Source of the DNA: Lama guanicoe
Taxonomy: Eukaryota
Length of the DNA: 64,000 nucleotides
Assembly: GCA_013239625.1 (NCBI GenBank)
Contig: MU054391.1
Coordinates: 558,001 to 622,000, forward strand
Direction: 5' to 3'
The translations under genes were made by a program, and so were the position numbers. Numbering within the stretch: the first letter of the stretch is position 1; each line of letters begins with the position of its first letter. The notes under the pieces were generated by a model, which saw only the letters and a program-made list of their open reading frames with translations, was not told the DNA's origin and ran no database searches. Shown piece by piece: positions 23,431 to 35,200 of this stretch.

Positions 23431-26400
23431 CGTGGACGGACAGGTAGCCCCCCTGACTGTGGTTCCCTCGCCTCCAGAATCCGGGTAACAAGCCAGCACA
23501 GGGCTGCAGTGCAGCAGGAACGGTCCAGGTGGAGAACTGAACACCGTGGCTCAGGCGGATGGCAGGCTTGGCCGTCCCCAGCAGCAGAGTCCTGTTCCCT
23601 CAGAGGCCCTGTGCGCTGGCCTGGTTCGAAACCAGAAACCTTCTCAGACGCTGGCCCCGCCGCTCAAATAGAAACATGAGCTGGGAAACCTGTTTTCTTA
23701 GAGGGCGGAGGACGTGCCTCCGGAATTTTCCACAGACCTAAGGAAAGGGGCTCCTTCCAGTCTCGGGACTCGCTCTGGGGCCAGGGAGCGGCGCTTTGAT
23801 CCCAGCTCACTGGAGGAACGCAGCAGTTCGGCTCCGTGGCTGCTTCGGACAGCGAGGTGGGGCCAGAGTGCGGACGCAGCCTACCCGGAGGGGCTCCTGT
23901 CCAGCTGAAGTCCCTCTACCAGCCGGGCCCAAGGGTGAGTGGGTCGGAGCCTGGCCCTGGGGTCCCCTGCACGTTCCCAGCATCTCCACGTGGTCAGAGG
24001 TGACGAGACAGGACGTCCTAAATTCTAGTGGAGAAGGACTGGCACCCTTGGTGCACGGCCTCTTGCGCCAGTGTTCTCCTCTGGTCACTTCCCCACCCGG
24101 ACTTCACGTGGACCCCTCCCCATCAGCACGCAAAACCCAGGCAGTCACCCTCTGCCGCGCATGGACCACAGTGGGACCCTCGCCCTCCAGCCAGAAGGGC
24201 TTTCCTCCCCTGACCCTGGGGGGTCCAGGCCCCATCCATCCACAGCTCTGCCTCCTCTGGCTGTAGCCCCACCGTCCCTGGAAGTGCCCTGCGGCCTCCA
24301 CCTCGTCACCTGCTGAGGAACACATTTAAACCAACGTGCATTTGGTAGCTAATCGCTGGGGGAAAAACATTATTTGTAAAAAAATTTTTCCTAAAATACA
24401 TCAATTGATGGACCTGGCCCCAGAAATTCAGAGGAAGTGAGGGGCTAAGGCAGCGGTGATTTCTAGCCAGGAAACAAAGGTTTTGGGAAAAATATGAGGG
24501 TGGAATGTTGAGTCTGGCCACAGCTCATATCTGAGACAGGAAGGAGAAGCAATTTGTGAGGTTTTATCATGAGCTCCAGCCTGAATTCGGTTTTAAAGAT
24601 TTATAGACAGCTTTGGTCTCGTGTTACAGTCATGCAGGGTCTTAATGGGCACTTGAATTTTTTGGTTGTGTGTTACTGAATTTTCTGAGGAAAATTACAT
24701 GGTCTGGTGGACTCTGAGCCCGGCGGTTGGTAGACGTCTCAGAACGTCTCCCCCAGCAGGTGGGGAGTCTGGCGTCCTCGGGGCCCCATGTGGCGCGTGG
24801 ATGGGAAGGCTGGGCCCTGGAGGTGGGCCGTGCCTCTGGGGAGATGCTGTGCCCAGCCACGTGCACACTGCAGCCCGTGGTCTGGTAATGACCCTCCCAC
24901 TGCCCAGGGACCCCAGGAGCTGCTGCGACCGCTGACACTGTGCTGCTGTCAGCACGGATGGACGGACTCGTGTCAGCAGCACCCGTGGAACCAGGAAACC
25001 AAAGCCCCCGGGGCTGCCCAGGTGTTCAGGGCCCCCAGCGTGGGAAGCTTTGGGGACTTCGTATGGTGATTAAAGGAGACAATTTAAATGATACCTGATG
25101 CTTAATTCAACACTGCACCATGTGGGCTGCCTCCATGGGGGCGGAGGGCAGGAGGCTTTCTAGAACCAAGAAAAAAGGACAAGGAAGAGAAACAGAAATG
25201 ATGGAATCGTCCGGGGCACAGATTCGGCCTTGTCTAGGGTGATCGGCCTTGTCTGGGGTGAGAAGGCCGGGACCTGCCCTGGCGTGTGGGGTCTGGCGGA
25301 CCACGTGCCCCAGGCTCTGCACAAGCAGGTCATTTAGAGGGACACAGGTGTCACCTAAGGGTTCCCAGGCAGGAGTGGCTCTATCTGGGGCCTGGAAGTT
25401 TATCTCAAAAGGGGTAACTTGCCGTTTCATCCCCAACGGTTCACAAACTTCCAGAAGTTTCCTAGAAGGCAGGCAGGGAAACGCGACGCTTTAAAGGAGC
25501 TTTCTAGCTGCTGTGAGGATGTCGGCGCTGTGGGCAGGAGAGCAGGGGCCACTGTGTGTCTGGATCAGGCGACGGGGGACTTGAGCAATGTCTGACCCCT
25601 CTCCTGTCCACGATCGAAGGGCTCGTTCAGAGCAGCTTTGCCCGAGCACCATCTGATCGCTGAACCTTGAGATGTCCTGCAAGGTGCTGCAGATGCTGCC
25701 ACTCTGACCACCCGTCTCAGGTCTAAAGTGGGACCCCAGTCAGATAATAATAATAACAAACGACGGTGACAAGGCTGGGCGCCCCTCCGCCGGTCTGGCT
25801 GCAGGCGGGTCCAGTCCACCACGCGCTCGTGGTCACTTCTTTTTGCTTCAGAAGCCTAGGGTGCTGAATACAAACTCATTCAAATGTCTCTAAGATCAGG
25901 GTCCATGCTGTGGAAATCCTTCTTGGAGAAGAGAGCTGTCTAAACCTGCCATGTGAACTATTTTTTGTTGGCAGCATTCAAATCCACTTTTCCCCAACCT
26001 CCAAACTGGAAAAACAATTTTTGTTTGGAACTGCTTCAGATGACGGGGCTGGGTGGGCGGCTTCTCTCACGGTCTGTGGTCTCCCTGCCGGGAGTGCGTC
26101 CACGTGGGCCGCGAGCCTTGCCTGCCTCCGTCTCTCCCAGCCTAAACATGTGCACGTCCTGCTCCGACTCGAGTGTGGGGAGCTGGGAGGCGGGCAGGTC
26201 CCCCCCAGGAGTTCAGAAGGTTGTCACACCTGCGATTCCCACTGCCTGGTGGACCGTCGGGCGCTTCTGGAGGAAAGTGGAAGATGCCAGCTCATGTCCA
26301 CGGGCACTGTGTCTCACAGTTTAACAAATGCCTCCTGGACCTGGTTCCTCGGGGATGTTCCTGTGCCCTCTGTTCCCCCGCAGATGTTGGGGAGCTCGTG

Positions 26401-28440
26401 GTCACACCCACCTGGGGTGGAAGGTCTTTTGTGGAAGCCCCCAGACGGCCCCGCCATGCAGTGCGTCAGTGGAGGTGATCAGAGGCTCCACCCACGAAGT
26501 ACCAGGTTGGGGAACTGCACACACACACGACTTCCAAGGGTCAGAGGAGACGGGACTGGCCTCGCACAGCCAGGGGGGCGAGCTTGGCCAGAACCGCCCC
26601 ACTTGCTCCCCACACAGCCGCCCGACCTCCCTCCTCAGGCTCCTCGTTAACCACAGACTCCATGTTTGCAGACTCGCCTGCTCACTGGGATGTGTTGTGA
26701 CCCAATGGCGGTGCTCACAGCATCTCGAGGTCCCTGGGGGCATCACTGAGCAGCTGGCCCCAGCGGGCTGCGAGCTCTGCCTCTGCTCCAGCTCCCCGGT
26801 ACACTGGGGTCCCTCTCGGCGCCCTCGGTGTCGTGCGTGTCATCACTTTGTGATTTGGTGGGGATTTCTCCATTTAAAGGGGCCCCCAGTGCAGCGTGGC
26901 AGGGCTGTCTGGCCGTCACAGAGCCCGAAGGCTGTGACGTGCCTCCTGGAGAAAGCACTCATGGCAGGTGAGCACCTTTCAGGTCCCAGTGCTGCTGGCC
27001 GAGGGTTCGAGGTCACTGAGTCAACAATCTGCACTAAGTAAGGTGGCTTTAAACAGAAACGCACTGAAAACAAGGCTGTGTGTGAATCTGCTGATGAAAC
27101 ATGACCAGAGGTCGTGGGAATCCGGCTCTGTTTGTCCCCCAGGACAGTGGCTCATTGCGGAACAGGGGCCCCTGGAATGAGGAAGGTCAGCCGTGTGGCC
27201 TTGGCCCACCTTGGAGCTGACTGATGCCAGCCGTGTGGCCAGCCTGCCGGCCTGACCAGCACGCAAGCCGCCAGGTGTCAGGAAGACGGGAGGCTCGGCT
27301 CAGCACCTTGGACAAGGCAGGCGTGGCCCTGGGTGAGAACCACCCTCACTTCTCCACACGGTGGAGGTTGGGGTGGGGTCCAAGCGCAGAAAGCCCAGGC
27401 TGGGGGCTTAGGAAAGTCGGGGTCAGAGATGAGGCCACCACGACTTCACTAACCCCCAGGCAGAGGAAACCTCTGCCTCACACCTCAGGTGGGTCCGAGT
27501 CCTTCTGCTCCCGACAACGCCAGAGGCACTGCTGCAGTGTCCCCAGAATGCCAGAGGGAAAGGCTGCAACACGAACTCTTACCCTTGCCTTCCTTGTATC
27601 TGATGTCAGGGTAATTGTGTGACATCCTCAAAACGTGTGCAACCAACATACTTTCAGGAAAATAAAATACTGAAAGATGTGCTCTGGGCGAATCTGAATA
27701 CACAGTTCAAGACTAGAGCAGCCCTGACAGAAAAGGGCTGACGGTGAGCAAATGAGCCACTCTTGCCCCAGATCAAGACAAGCCCTGAGTGATAAACACG
27801 AGGTGTATGAAGTATGATAAACGTGAGTAAAGTCACACAGACGCGGTAAACGACCCTCAGAACAGTGGGTACATGATGTTTGAGAGTTCTTGAGAAGTAA
27901 GTCAGTCTAAACCTCCAGCAACCGTGGCCCAGCCAGGAGAGGGGCGGGAGGCGGCTGACGTGACCTGGTCCTTCCATGCCCAGAGCAGCGATGCCCCTGG
28001 TCTTTCTTACTTGGCACCTGTCCTGCAGAAACAGGCCTGGGGCACCTGTTTGCGCACTGAGCGGCAACATGGGAACAGAAAGCCATTAATGGAAGCGCCT
28101 TAAATAGAGAGGTTTCTGGAGTCTGCCTGGGTGGAGAGACACAGACACTTCCCAGGTCATCTCTGGGTTCTGGGATCATACTTTGCCTCCCTGAAAACCT
28201 GGGTAATTGTGGAATACAACTTTAACAAATGGGGGCTTTGGTGCCTTAGAGATGCTTAATAAGTTTATGAGTTCTGAAGGGTTTTTTTGAGACAAGAGGT
28301 GAGAGAAATGGAAAATTTTGTCATCAAAATGTATGTACAATTGTCACCAAGTAATGGTGGTCAGTCTGGTTGAACCAAGTGCACAGGCAACAAGTGAATG
28401 AGCATCAATGAGTGACACCTGGAAGGGGGTGAGGGTCTCT

Positions 28441-28720
28441 CACCATCCCAGTTCACCAACCTCTGCCCCAGGAGACTAACCACCACCCTAGTTAGTCAAC
28501 CTCAGCCCCAGGAGACTAGCCATTACCCCAGTTAGTCAACCTTTACACCAATAAACTAACCACTACCCCAGTTGACCAAACTCTATATCAGTAAATCAAC
28601 CACCACACCAGCTAACCAACCACTATACCAGTTAACCGAGCTTTACCCCAGTTCCCCAACCCTTATAGCAGTTAACCAACCTCTACATCAGTTAACCAGC
28701 CTACACACCAGTGCACTGAC
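28441..28720. repeat. Diverged minisatellite, 14 x 20 bp, consensus approx. CWCTACMCCAGTTAACCAAC
   Basis: Units stay in register every 20 nt from 28441; the first four form a 40-bp dimer repeat. Confidence 0.9.
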
Positions 28721-29989
28721 CGCCATGCTGAGAAGTGGGCATTGTTCTGGAGGCCACAGAGGGCAGCGAGGCTCCACTGGGCCCAGGCACAGGCTGGCTG
28801 CGGAACCAGGTGACCGGGAGCTGCCCTGTGGGTCCAGGACGCCCCTCGGAACCCCTGTGACAGCCCCCCGCCCACCAGGAAGGCAGGAAGGAATCACCTC
28901 CAATCATTCAGGACAGACATATATTTGAATGAAAAGATAAAAATTGTGACTTTCAGCTGTGATATTGTCCTTCAGGTGTGAAGACTCAGAATGGACGAGT
29001 GCTGGAAAGTTCTGGTAAAGAAGACAAGAGACAGGAATAGAGAGGTGGACAGATGGCAGGAGGAGGAGGAGGAGAAACCTGAGTCCAAACGTGGTGACTT
29101 CCTTCTCGATGAGAAGCGTCCACATGTGGGGTGGACCATGCGGGCACTGTGATGCCCTGAAGACCCAGTCAGAAATAGCAGGTGGGGGCCTGTCCCACAG
29201 AGAAGGGGTGCCCGTGGATATCGATATCGTGGGTGCAGAGGAGGGTGTTGTGGGTGAGCGGGGGCGATGAGGGGAGAAATCAGGACCATGAAGGAAGAAA
29301 ACTGGCTCTGGGGATGCCCCAGGGGGAGGGGAATAGGACGAAATGGGGCAGGGAGGTCTGGAAAAGCCGGACGCATTTTGCATCTTAAGGCAATGGGGGT
29401 GGGGGTGGGGGCTTACGAGCAGTTCTAGAGAAACTTTTTTGCCCAAGACCACGCGGATTGGTGGGACTTTGGTATTAAATGTAGCAGACGACGAGGAGGG
29501 AGGCAGAGCCCCCCAGTGCACCGGCAGGTGGGGGGCTCGGGCTGAGGAGGCCGGGAGCCCCCAGACTCTGGGGGACTTTTCCTGCCTGATGCCCCTCACC
29601 CTGAGGGAAATTGAGAGCAGACCCTTGAGGAAGTGGCACGGCTGCAGCCCAGGGGCCTGCTCATTGGGAAGCAAGCCGAACTGTGCAAGCCTGAGGGGTC
29701 GGCACCAGGATGGCGCTTGGTCCTGCTGCAGATGCGCAGACGGGGCGGGGGAAGCGTGGCCTGACGGCACGGGTGTCTCACCCCCACTGAGGCCGGCACG
29801 CACGGGCCTACAGCAAGACGTGTGAACAACGGGGCTGTGATGTGACTAAGGGACGTCAGCCGCTCGTCACAGTGATGGATGTGGCACCCGGGCACCACGC
29901 CCGCCTTCCAGGAGCACATTTGGGAACTGATCAGGAAGACTGGACAATGTGGCCATCACTGAAGGTCAGGGAGCTGCCCGCACCCTCGT

Positions 29990-30667
29990 CACCTGATCCT
30001 GGCCAGTCCCAGGTCAACCGGAGCAAGATTGCCAACTGCGAGTTCATTTATCTCAAGGGGCCGAGTCCCTGTTTCTCTAACACGTGGCCGGAGTTTGGTT
30101 CTTCAGCCCTGACGGTCGGGGGACGTTCAGCGGCTTCGTGACTACGAGGCTGCTCTCAGCAGCTCCACTGTCTGTGCCTTCGGTGCCTGCTCCCTGCCCG
30201 CTGCCCTCCGTCCTGCGACTCCAGCGACTCCGTCCTGCGGTGACTAAGCTGGGAGGCCTGCCGGGTGTGTCTGGAAAGTGCTGCTCAGGCTGCCCTGAAG
30301 GTCACTCACCATTGCATTTGCAGGGACGATGAAACCACAGTTCGGCCAGTTCAGGCTCAAGGAATCTCATCCCCAGGAGAGAAGTCAGCCCTCTGCCCGC
30401 GGGGTGCACGCCCAGCCCCGCTGACTTCCTGGCTGGAAGCAGACACTTTGCAAGTTGTTCCCTGATGATGGCAAACACTGTGTGCACAGCTACATGTCCT
30501 TGCTCTGGGGGCCCCAGGCTGGCTGACACCCTCTGCCTTGGAGAGGCTGAGAAGTAGACACAAAACAAAACGAAACAACAAAGAGCATCCGGCGAGGCCC
30601 CTGCTGGCCCAGGGGGACGCCCTCCTGCCCCTGCTCCAGTTGACTTGGGACTGGCCCGGATCAGGTG
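29990..30667. repeat. 36-bp inverted repeat pair (29990-30025 and 30632-30667)
   Basis: cacctgatcctggccagtcccaggtcaaccggagca versus reverse complement of the right arm cacctgatccgggccagtcccaagtcaactggagca; 33/36 identical. Confidence 0.9.
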
Positions 30668-31319
30668 GCAGAGTCGACCCACAAAGCCAGGGCTGTGCTC
30701 GGTCAGACAAGATTAAAGGAGATGAGGGGCCAAGTCCACCAGCACAGCTCATGGGCCTGGGACGGAGCGTTCGCCCAGCAAGTCGGTTCGCACCCTGTCC
30801 CTTGACTCCACACCCCGCTCCTGAGCCGGGCACTTTGACAGGAATTCCCAAAAGCAGGCGGGGGTGTCCCGCACAGAGGCACGACGCGTAGTCCTGGAGC
30901 CTTACCGTCCTACCTCGTGGAGCACTGCTGACTGTGCGGTTAGTCAGGGCCCCGACGGGGCCCTGCTGTCACACAGGTCGCTGTCATTCACACGAAGGAA
31001 ACGTGCATGTGGTCCAGACTTACACGGTCAGCACTGGACATGATGCATTGTTATCTGTGAACTTCTGACACTTGGAACCATGAAATTGCTCAAGGAGATA
31101 ATCTGGTGCAAATAATATTTTTAAAAGGACACAAAAAAGCAGAAAAATAACCCCAAGTCTACTGTGATACTTAGATTACAAAATAAACAACAAACTGTTC
31201 CTGAGGGCCAACCCTGTGCAAACAGGGGCACGGGAGCCTGACCAGCACAGACCAGCATCCTGGCGACACCCGCCAGGCCTCGAACGCGCAGGCGCCCGGC
31301 TCCACGGAGGGCTGGGAAG

Positions 31320-32250
31320 AACAAAGCTGTCCTCACCTACTGAAAGAAAAAACTGTATACACAGAAAAATCTGAAGGGATGTTTTTAAAAGCTAATAGGA
31401 TTCATAACTGAGTTTATCAGGAATAGTGGATAGAAGGTCAAATTCCAAAACTCACCTGCACTTCTGTATACAAGCAATGTACAATCAGAAAGTGATTTTT
31501 TAAAAATGGCATTTATAACTGCATAAGACAGCGATACCAACAAGTGAACTTAAGGAAAACATGCAAACCTTTTGGAAAAGACGGCAAAACTTCGCCAGAA
31601 CCGACTGAAGAAGACATAATTTTTTTAAAGCCTCAAATAAATGCAGGAATATGTCATGATTATGGATGGAAGGATTAAGTGTTTAAAATGTCAGCTGAAT
31701 GCAAACTGAGTGATACATTCAACGCAATACTGATCGAAGTCCCTGTGGACACCTCTTTCAGTGGAAACTGACGAGCCGATACAAAGATACGTGTGGAAAG
31801 CCCAGAACAAACCGGCCAGGCGGTCCTGCAGAGGAGGGACCAGGCGGTCCTGCGGGGGAGGGACCAGGCGGTCCAGTGGGGGATGGACCAGAGACGCCCT
31901 CACGCAGGCAGCAGCTAACGCAGGGCAGAGCTGATGCCGGAGGCACAAGTGAAGCAGCGCCCCCAGAAGCAGGGGCGGGTACCGCCCGGACCAAGTGCCC
32001 TCGGGAGTGGTGGGGAAAGGGGGTCTTCTCGGGGTGCACCACCAGGCCACCTGCACACGTATGCGAGAATGCATGAGCCCTGACTCCTGTGATGAATGTG
32101 AAAGGGGAAATTATCACATTACCAAGATTCTAGACTACATGGAGAATATCTTAATTTTCCTCAAAAGCCCACAAAGGAAGAAAACTGATGAGAAGGACTT
32201 GATTGAAATGAAGAATAAAAGTTCCACAAATGTGTTAAATGTATTGAGAG
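31320..32250 (+). mobile_element. Ancient L1 ORF2 relic
   Basis: A-rich degenerate L1 ORF2 motifs (tatacacagaaaaatct, tatacaagcaatg, ggatggaagga, ttcaacgcaatac, tggggaaagg..gtctt). Confidence 0.7.
31817..31891. repeat. 3 x 24-bp tandem repeat within the L1 relic
   Basis: caggcggtcctgcagaggagggac-like units at 31817, 31841 and 31865. Confidence 0.9.
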
Positions 32251-35200
32251 GAGGCGGTCTTTCTGTGCTGCCTCGGGGGTCTCGGGGCGTTTCCTCGGGT
32301 CCTCGGAGACCCCAGGCCGGCCGTGCAGCCTCGGCGGTGGGCCCTGGCTCTGAGCTGACGGGGCAGCCTTCCACCCAGCTGCCCACACAGCCAGGCTGAC
32401 CGAGGTCCTGTCGGGGCCCACACCTGCATCTCGGCTGCTCCTCCAGGAACTGGGCACCGCAAACCCATATGTGTGTCTCACGAACCCCCGCTCCCTCCCT
32501 TCTCTCTGTTATAAAAGCCCCCAGCCCCACCCCTCGACTGAGCCCCCAGCCAGGGTTAGGGCTTCTGCCCCGTTGTCAGAGCGAACAGCCCGCAGCTGCG
32601 TCCTCCTCCCTGTCCGAACTCGGGCGGACCTCACCGCATAAACCCACTTCACCAACTCACGAGTCCCCCTGCAGAAGGGTGATGGATGACACCAGGACCC
32701 TCAGCTGTTCAGTCCCGGCCCATCAGGTCTGTGGCGGCCGCGTGGGTTGTACGTTTCCCTCCGTCTACAAACGCTGGCGACCAGGGAAGCCGTCCTGACA
32801 AGTCTTATGGCTTGCTTCTTACAACCCCTCTCGCCCCTAAGAGAACACCGATGGAAGCAGGAAGGTCACACCCAGGAGGACTGTGCTGACGGGCTAAATC
32901 CCCCCAAAGCACAGGAACGTGGTTCTACCATGTGTGTCTTTGTTTTGAACCTGCCCATCCAGGTCTGTGAAGACTCGTCTTTGGTGAGCTCTCAGCTCGT
33001 CCCCGGCCTTCACCTGTGGCAGCGCCGTCCAGCCAGGTGAGCTCGTAAATGCCCGGTGTGTAGGGGCGGAATCTGCCAGAAATGTCTTTGGCGTGTGGGT
33101 AGTTTTGCGCTGGAAACAATCAAAGCCCACCGGACTCAGGAAGATACTTTGACCTTTCCGCTTAGTGGCCTGAAGGGCTCAGACAGAGGGCCTGTCCCTG
33201 GGAGAGCGTTACCAGAGAGTCTGGGCCAGGGCGGTGGGGAGACCCTTAGACATCGAGCCCAGTCTGCGTCCGCGCCCCGAAGCAGCCAGCAGGGCTCAAG
33301 GTGAGAACCACGGCTTCTGAGAATGAGGAGACACCCAGCGGACCGCCCTGCCCGCAGGGTCTGGAGGTGGCTCGGGGTTGATCGGAGGCCTCCCTCTCGC
33401 TCTGATGAAAGACTGTTGAGACGCTGGTGGGGGGTAGGTTCTTCTGGCCACAGTTCCCACCTGTGACCAGGGAGTGCCCAGGTGTCCTGGCCCACCTGGT
33501 GGGCGCTGATGTCTCGTGGTCACAGGACCTGTTGCCTTGGTGACTTCCAGAACCTTCTCTGGGGCTGCAGAGAAACAAGTCCTACTGGTAGGCACCCATT
33601 TGATCTTGGCCGTGTTTCTTCCTGCTGCTTGGAACAAGTCGACAATGGCAGGAGCCCAGTCGCCACTCTGAGAGTATGAGGACAAGGGCCCGACAACAAG
33701 GATGGTGGAGCAGAAAGCGAGAGCTCCCTGTCCGTTCACCCATGCACAGCCAAGTTTCCTCCACGCAGCCCAGGTCTGCATGCACTGCCCTAAAATTCAG
33801 GGGTGGACCAGGTGTTCCAACTCCAGCACCTTCAGCTAAACGTGAACCAGAAAAGCTTTGTACTGTAATCCTTGTAGCTGGAAAAGTCCTGAACTGAATG
33901 AGCTACACTCCCTGCCTTGATAACTGGGGTTTGGACCATCATTTGGACCATCATCACCAGGGCTGGAAGAGGTGCTGGGCACTGCACTCACAGAAGGCTG
34001 GAGTGAGCCTGGCTTATTGTCCAAAATTTGCTTCTTAAATACACATGGGACACCCCACATCCAAGGGGACCCTGACCCTGCTCACACCAGCCTTCTCCCT
34101 CTCAGCAGGCGGTGAACCTGCCCTCCCAGCTGCCGAGGTGGTTGGGGGCTCAGTGCCACGAGGACATGAGGCTGGGGTAGAAAACAGCAAAAAGCCCCAA
34201 ACCAGAACAAAACAAACCCCTCAGTCAAAAACTCTGGGGTCCTTCTCTAGGCGTCGCTCTCTCTGACCTGCCTCTGAGCCAGTCAGGAAATCGTGCCGAT
34301 TGCACCTTCAGACACAATGAGAACCTCCCCCTCACCTGTCCACTGCTGCCACCTGGCCCCAGCGTCCTTATCCCTCACCCGAGTTGCTGTAATCACCGGG
34401 ACGTGACTGAGCTCAGGGAAAGACAAGGTGAGTCCGGAGAGCGGACCGGCAGACACGGGCCCCGCCCCCCGGGCCCTGTCCCGGAGACGAGGCGCTGGGG
34501 CTCAGGGGCTGAGCCAGGGAGGGACACAGGAGTTGTTCAGGTAGTGAGGACGCGGCCACGGGCGGACACAAAGGCAGGAGAGGTGCGTCTGGGAGCCCCA
34601 GGAATTCAGTCACACGAGCAGGAAGCCGGGGTTGAGCGGCAGGGATCCAGGTGCACTCCCGGCCCCTGCGGGAGCTGGGGTATCAGCCGCTGGCCTCTAG
34701 TTTCAGGACGTTCTGGGTCACGTGAGTCATTAAAACCCTACTGCCTTTAAATTCAGGCGAGCTACAGAACACTCCCGCATCCTCTCCCTTTCCTGTTTAC
34801 ATGAAAACCCAAGCCACCACTTACTGTAACCTCGAGAACCAGTCCTGGAACCCGGGGGGCCAGTGTCCAGGCCCAGGCAGTCCGGGAGCGCGGCCGTGCA
34901 CACGGGGCCAGAACAGCGGAATCAAACTCGCAGGACGCGTGTGTCGGAGCCCGGGTCGCACAGGCAGTGGGAACAAAGGGATGCACGCAGAGGGCCCAGG
35001 CGCGGCGTCTGGGAGGACCACGCAGCTGACGCGAGGGCGGTCAGGACTGGAGTTCAGCACAGATGAGAGCCCATCTTCCAAGCATTCGGACGGCTCCCTC
35101 CCTCCCCGGGATTCTGTCCGCCCCTCGGAGGACACTCAGTGAGCCTGCAATCCCAGCATTATCTTGGGAACAGCATGGCATGAACCAAAGAGCTGAATGT

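Noticed and set aside
28441-28720. CRISPR-like array or coding repeat
   Set aside because: No constant repeat with unique spacers, eukaryotic context, and stops in reading frames.
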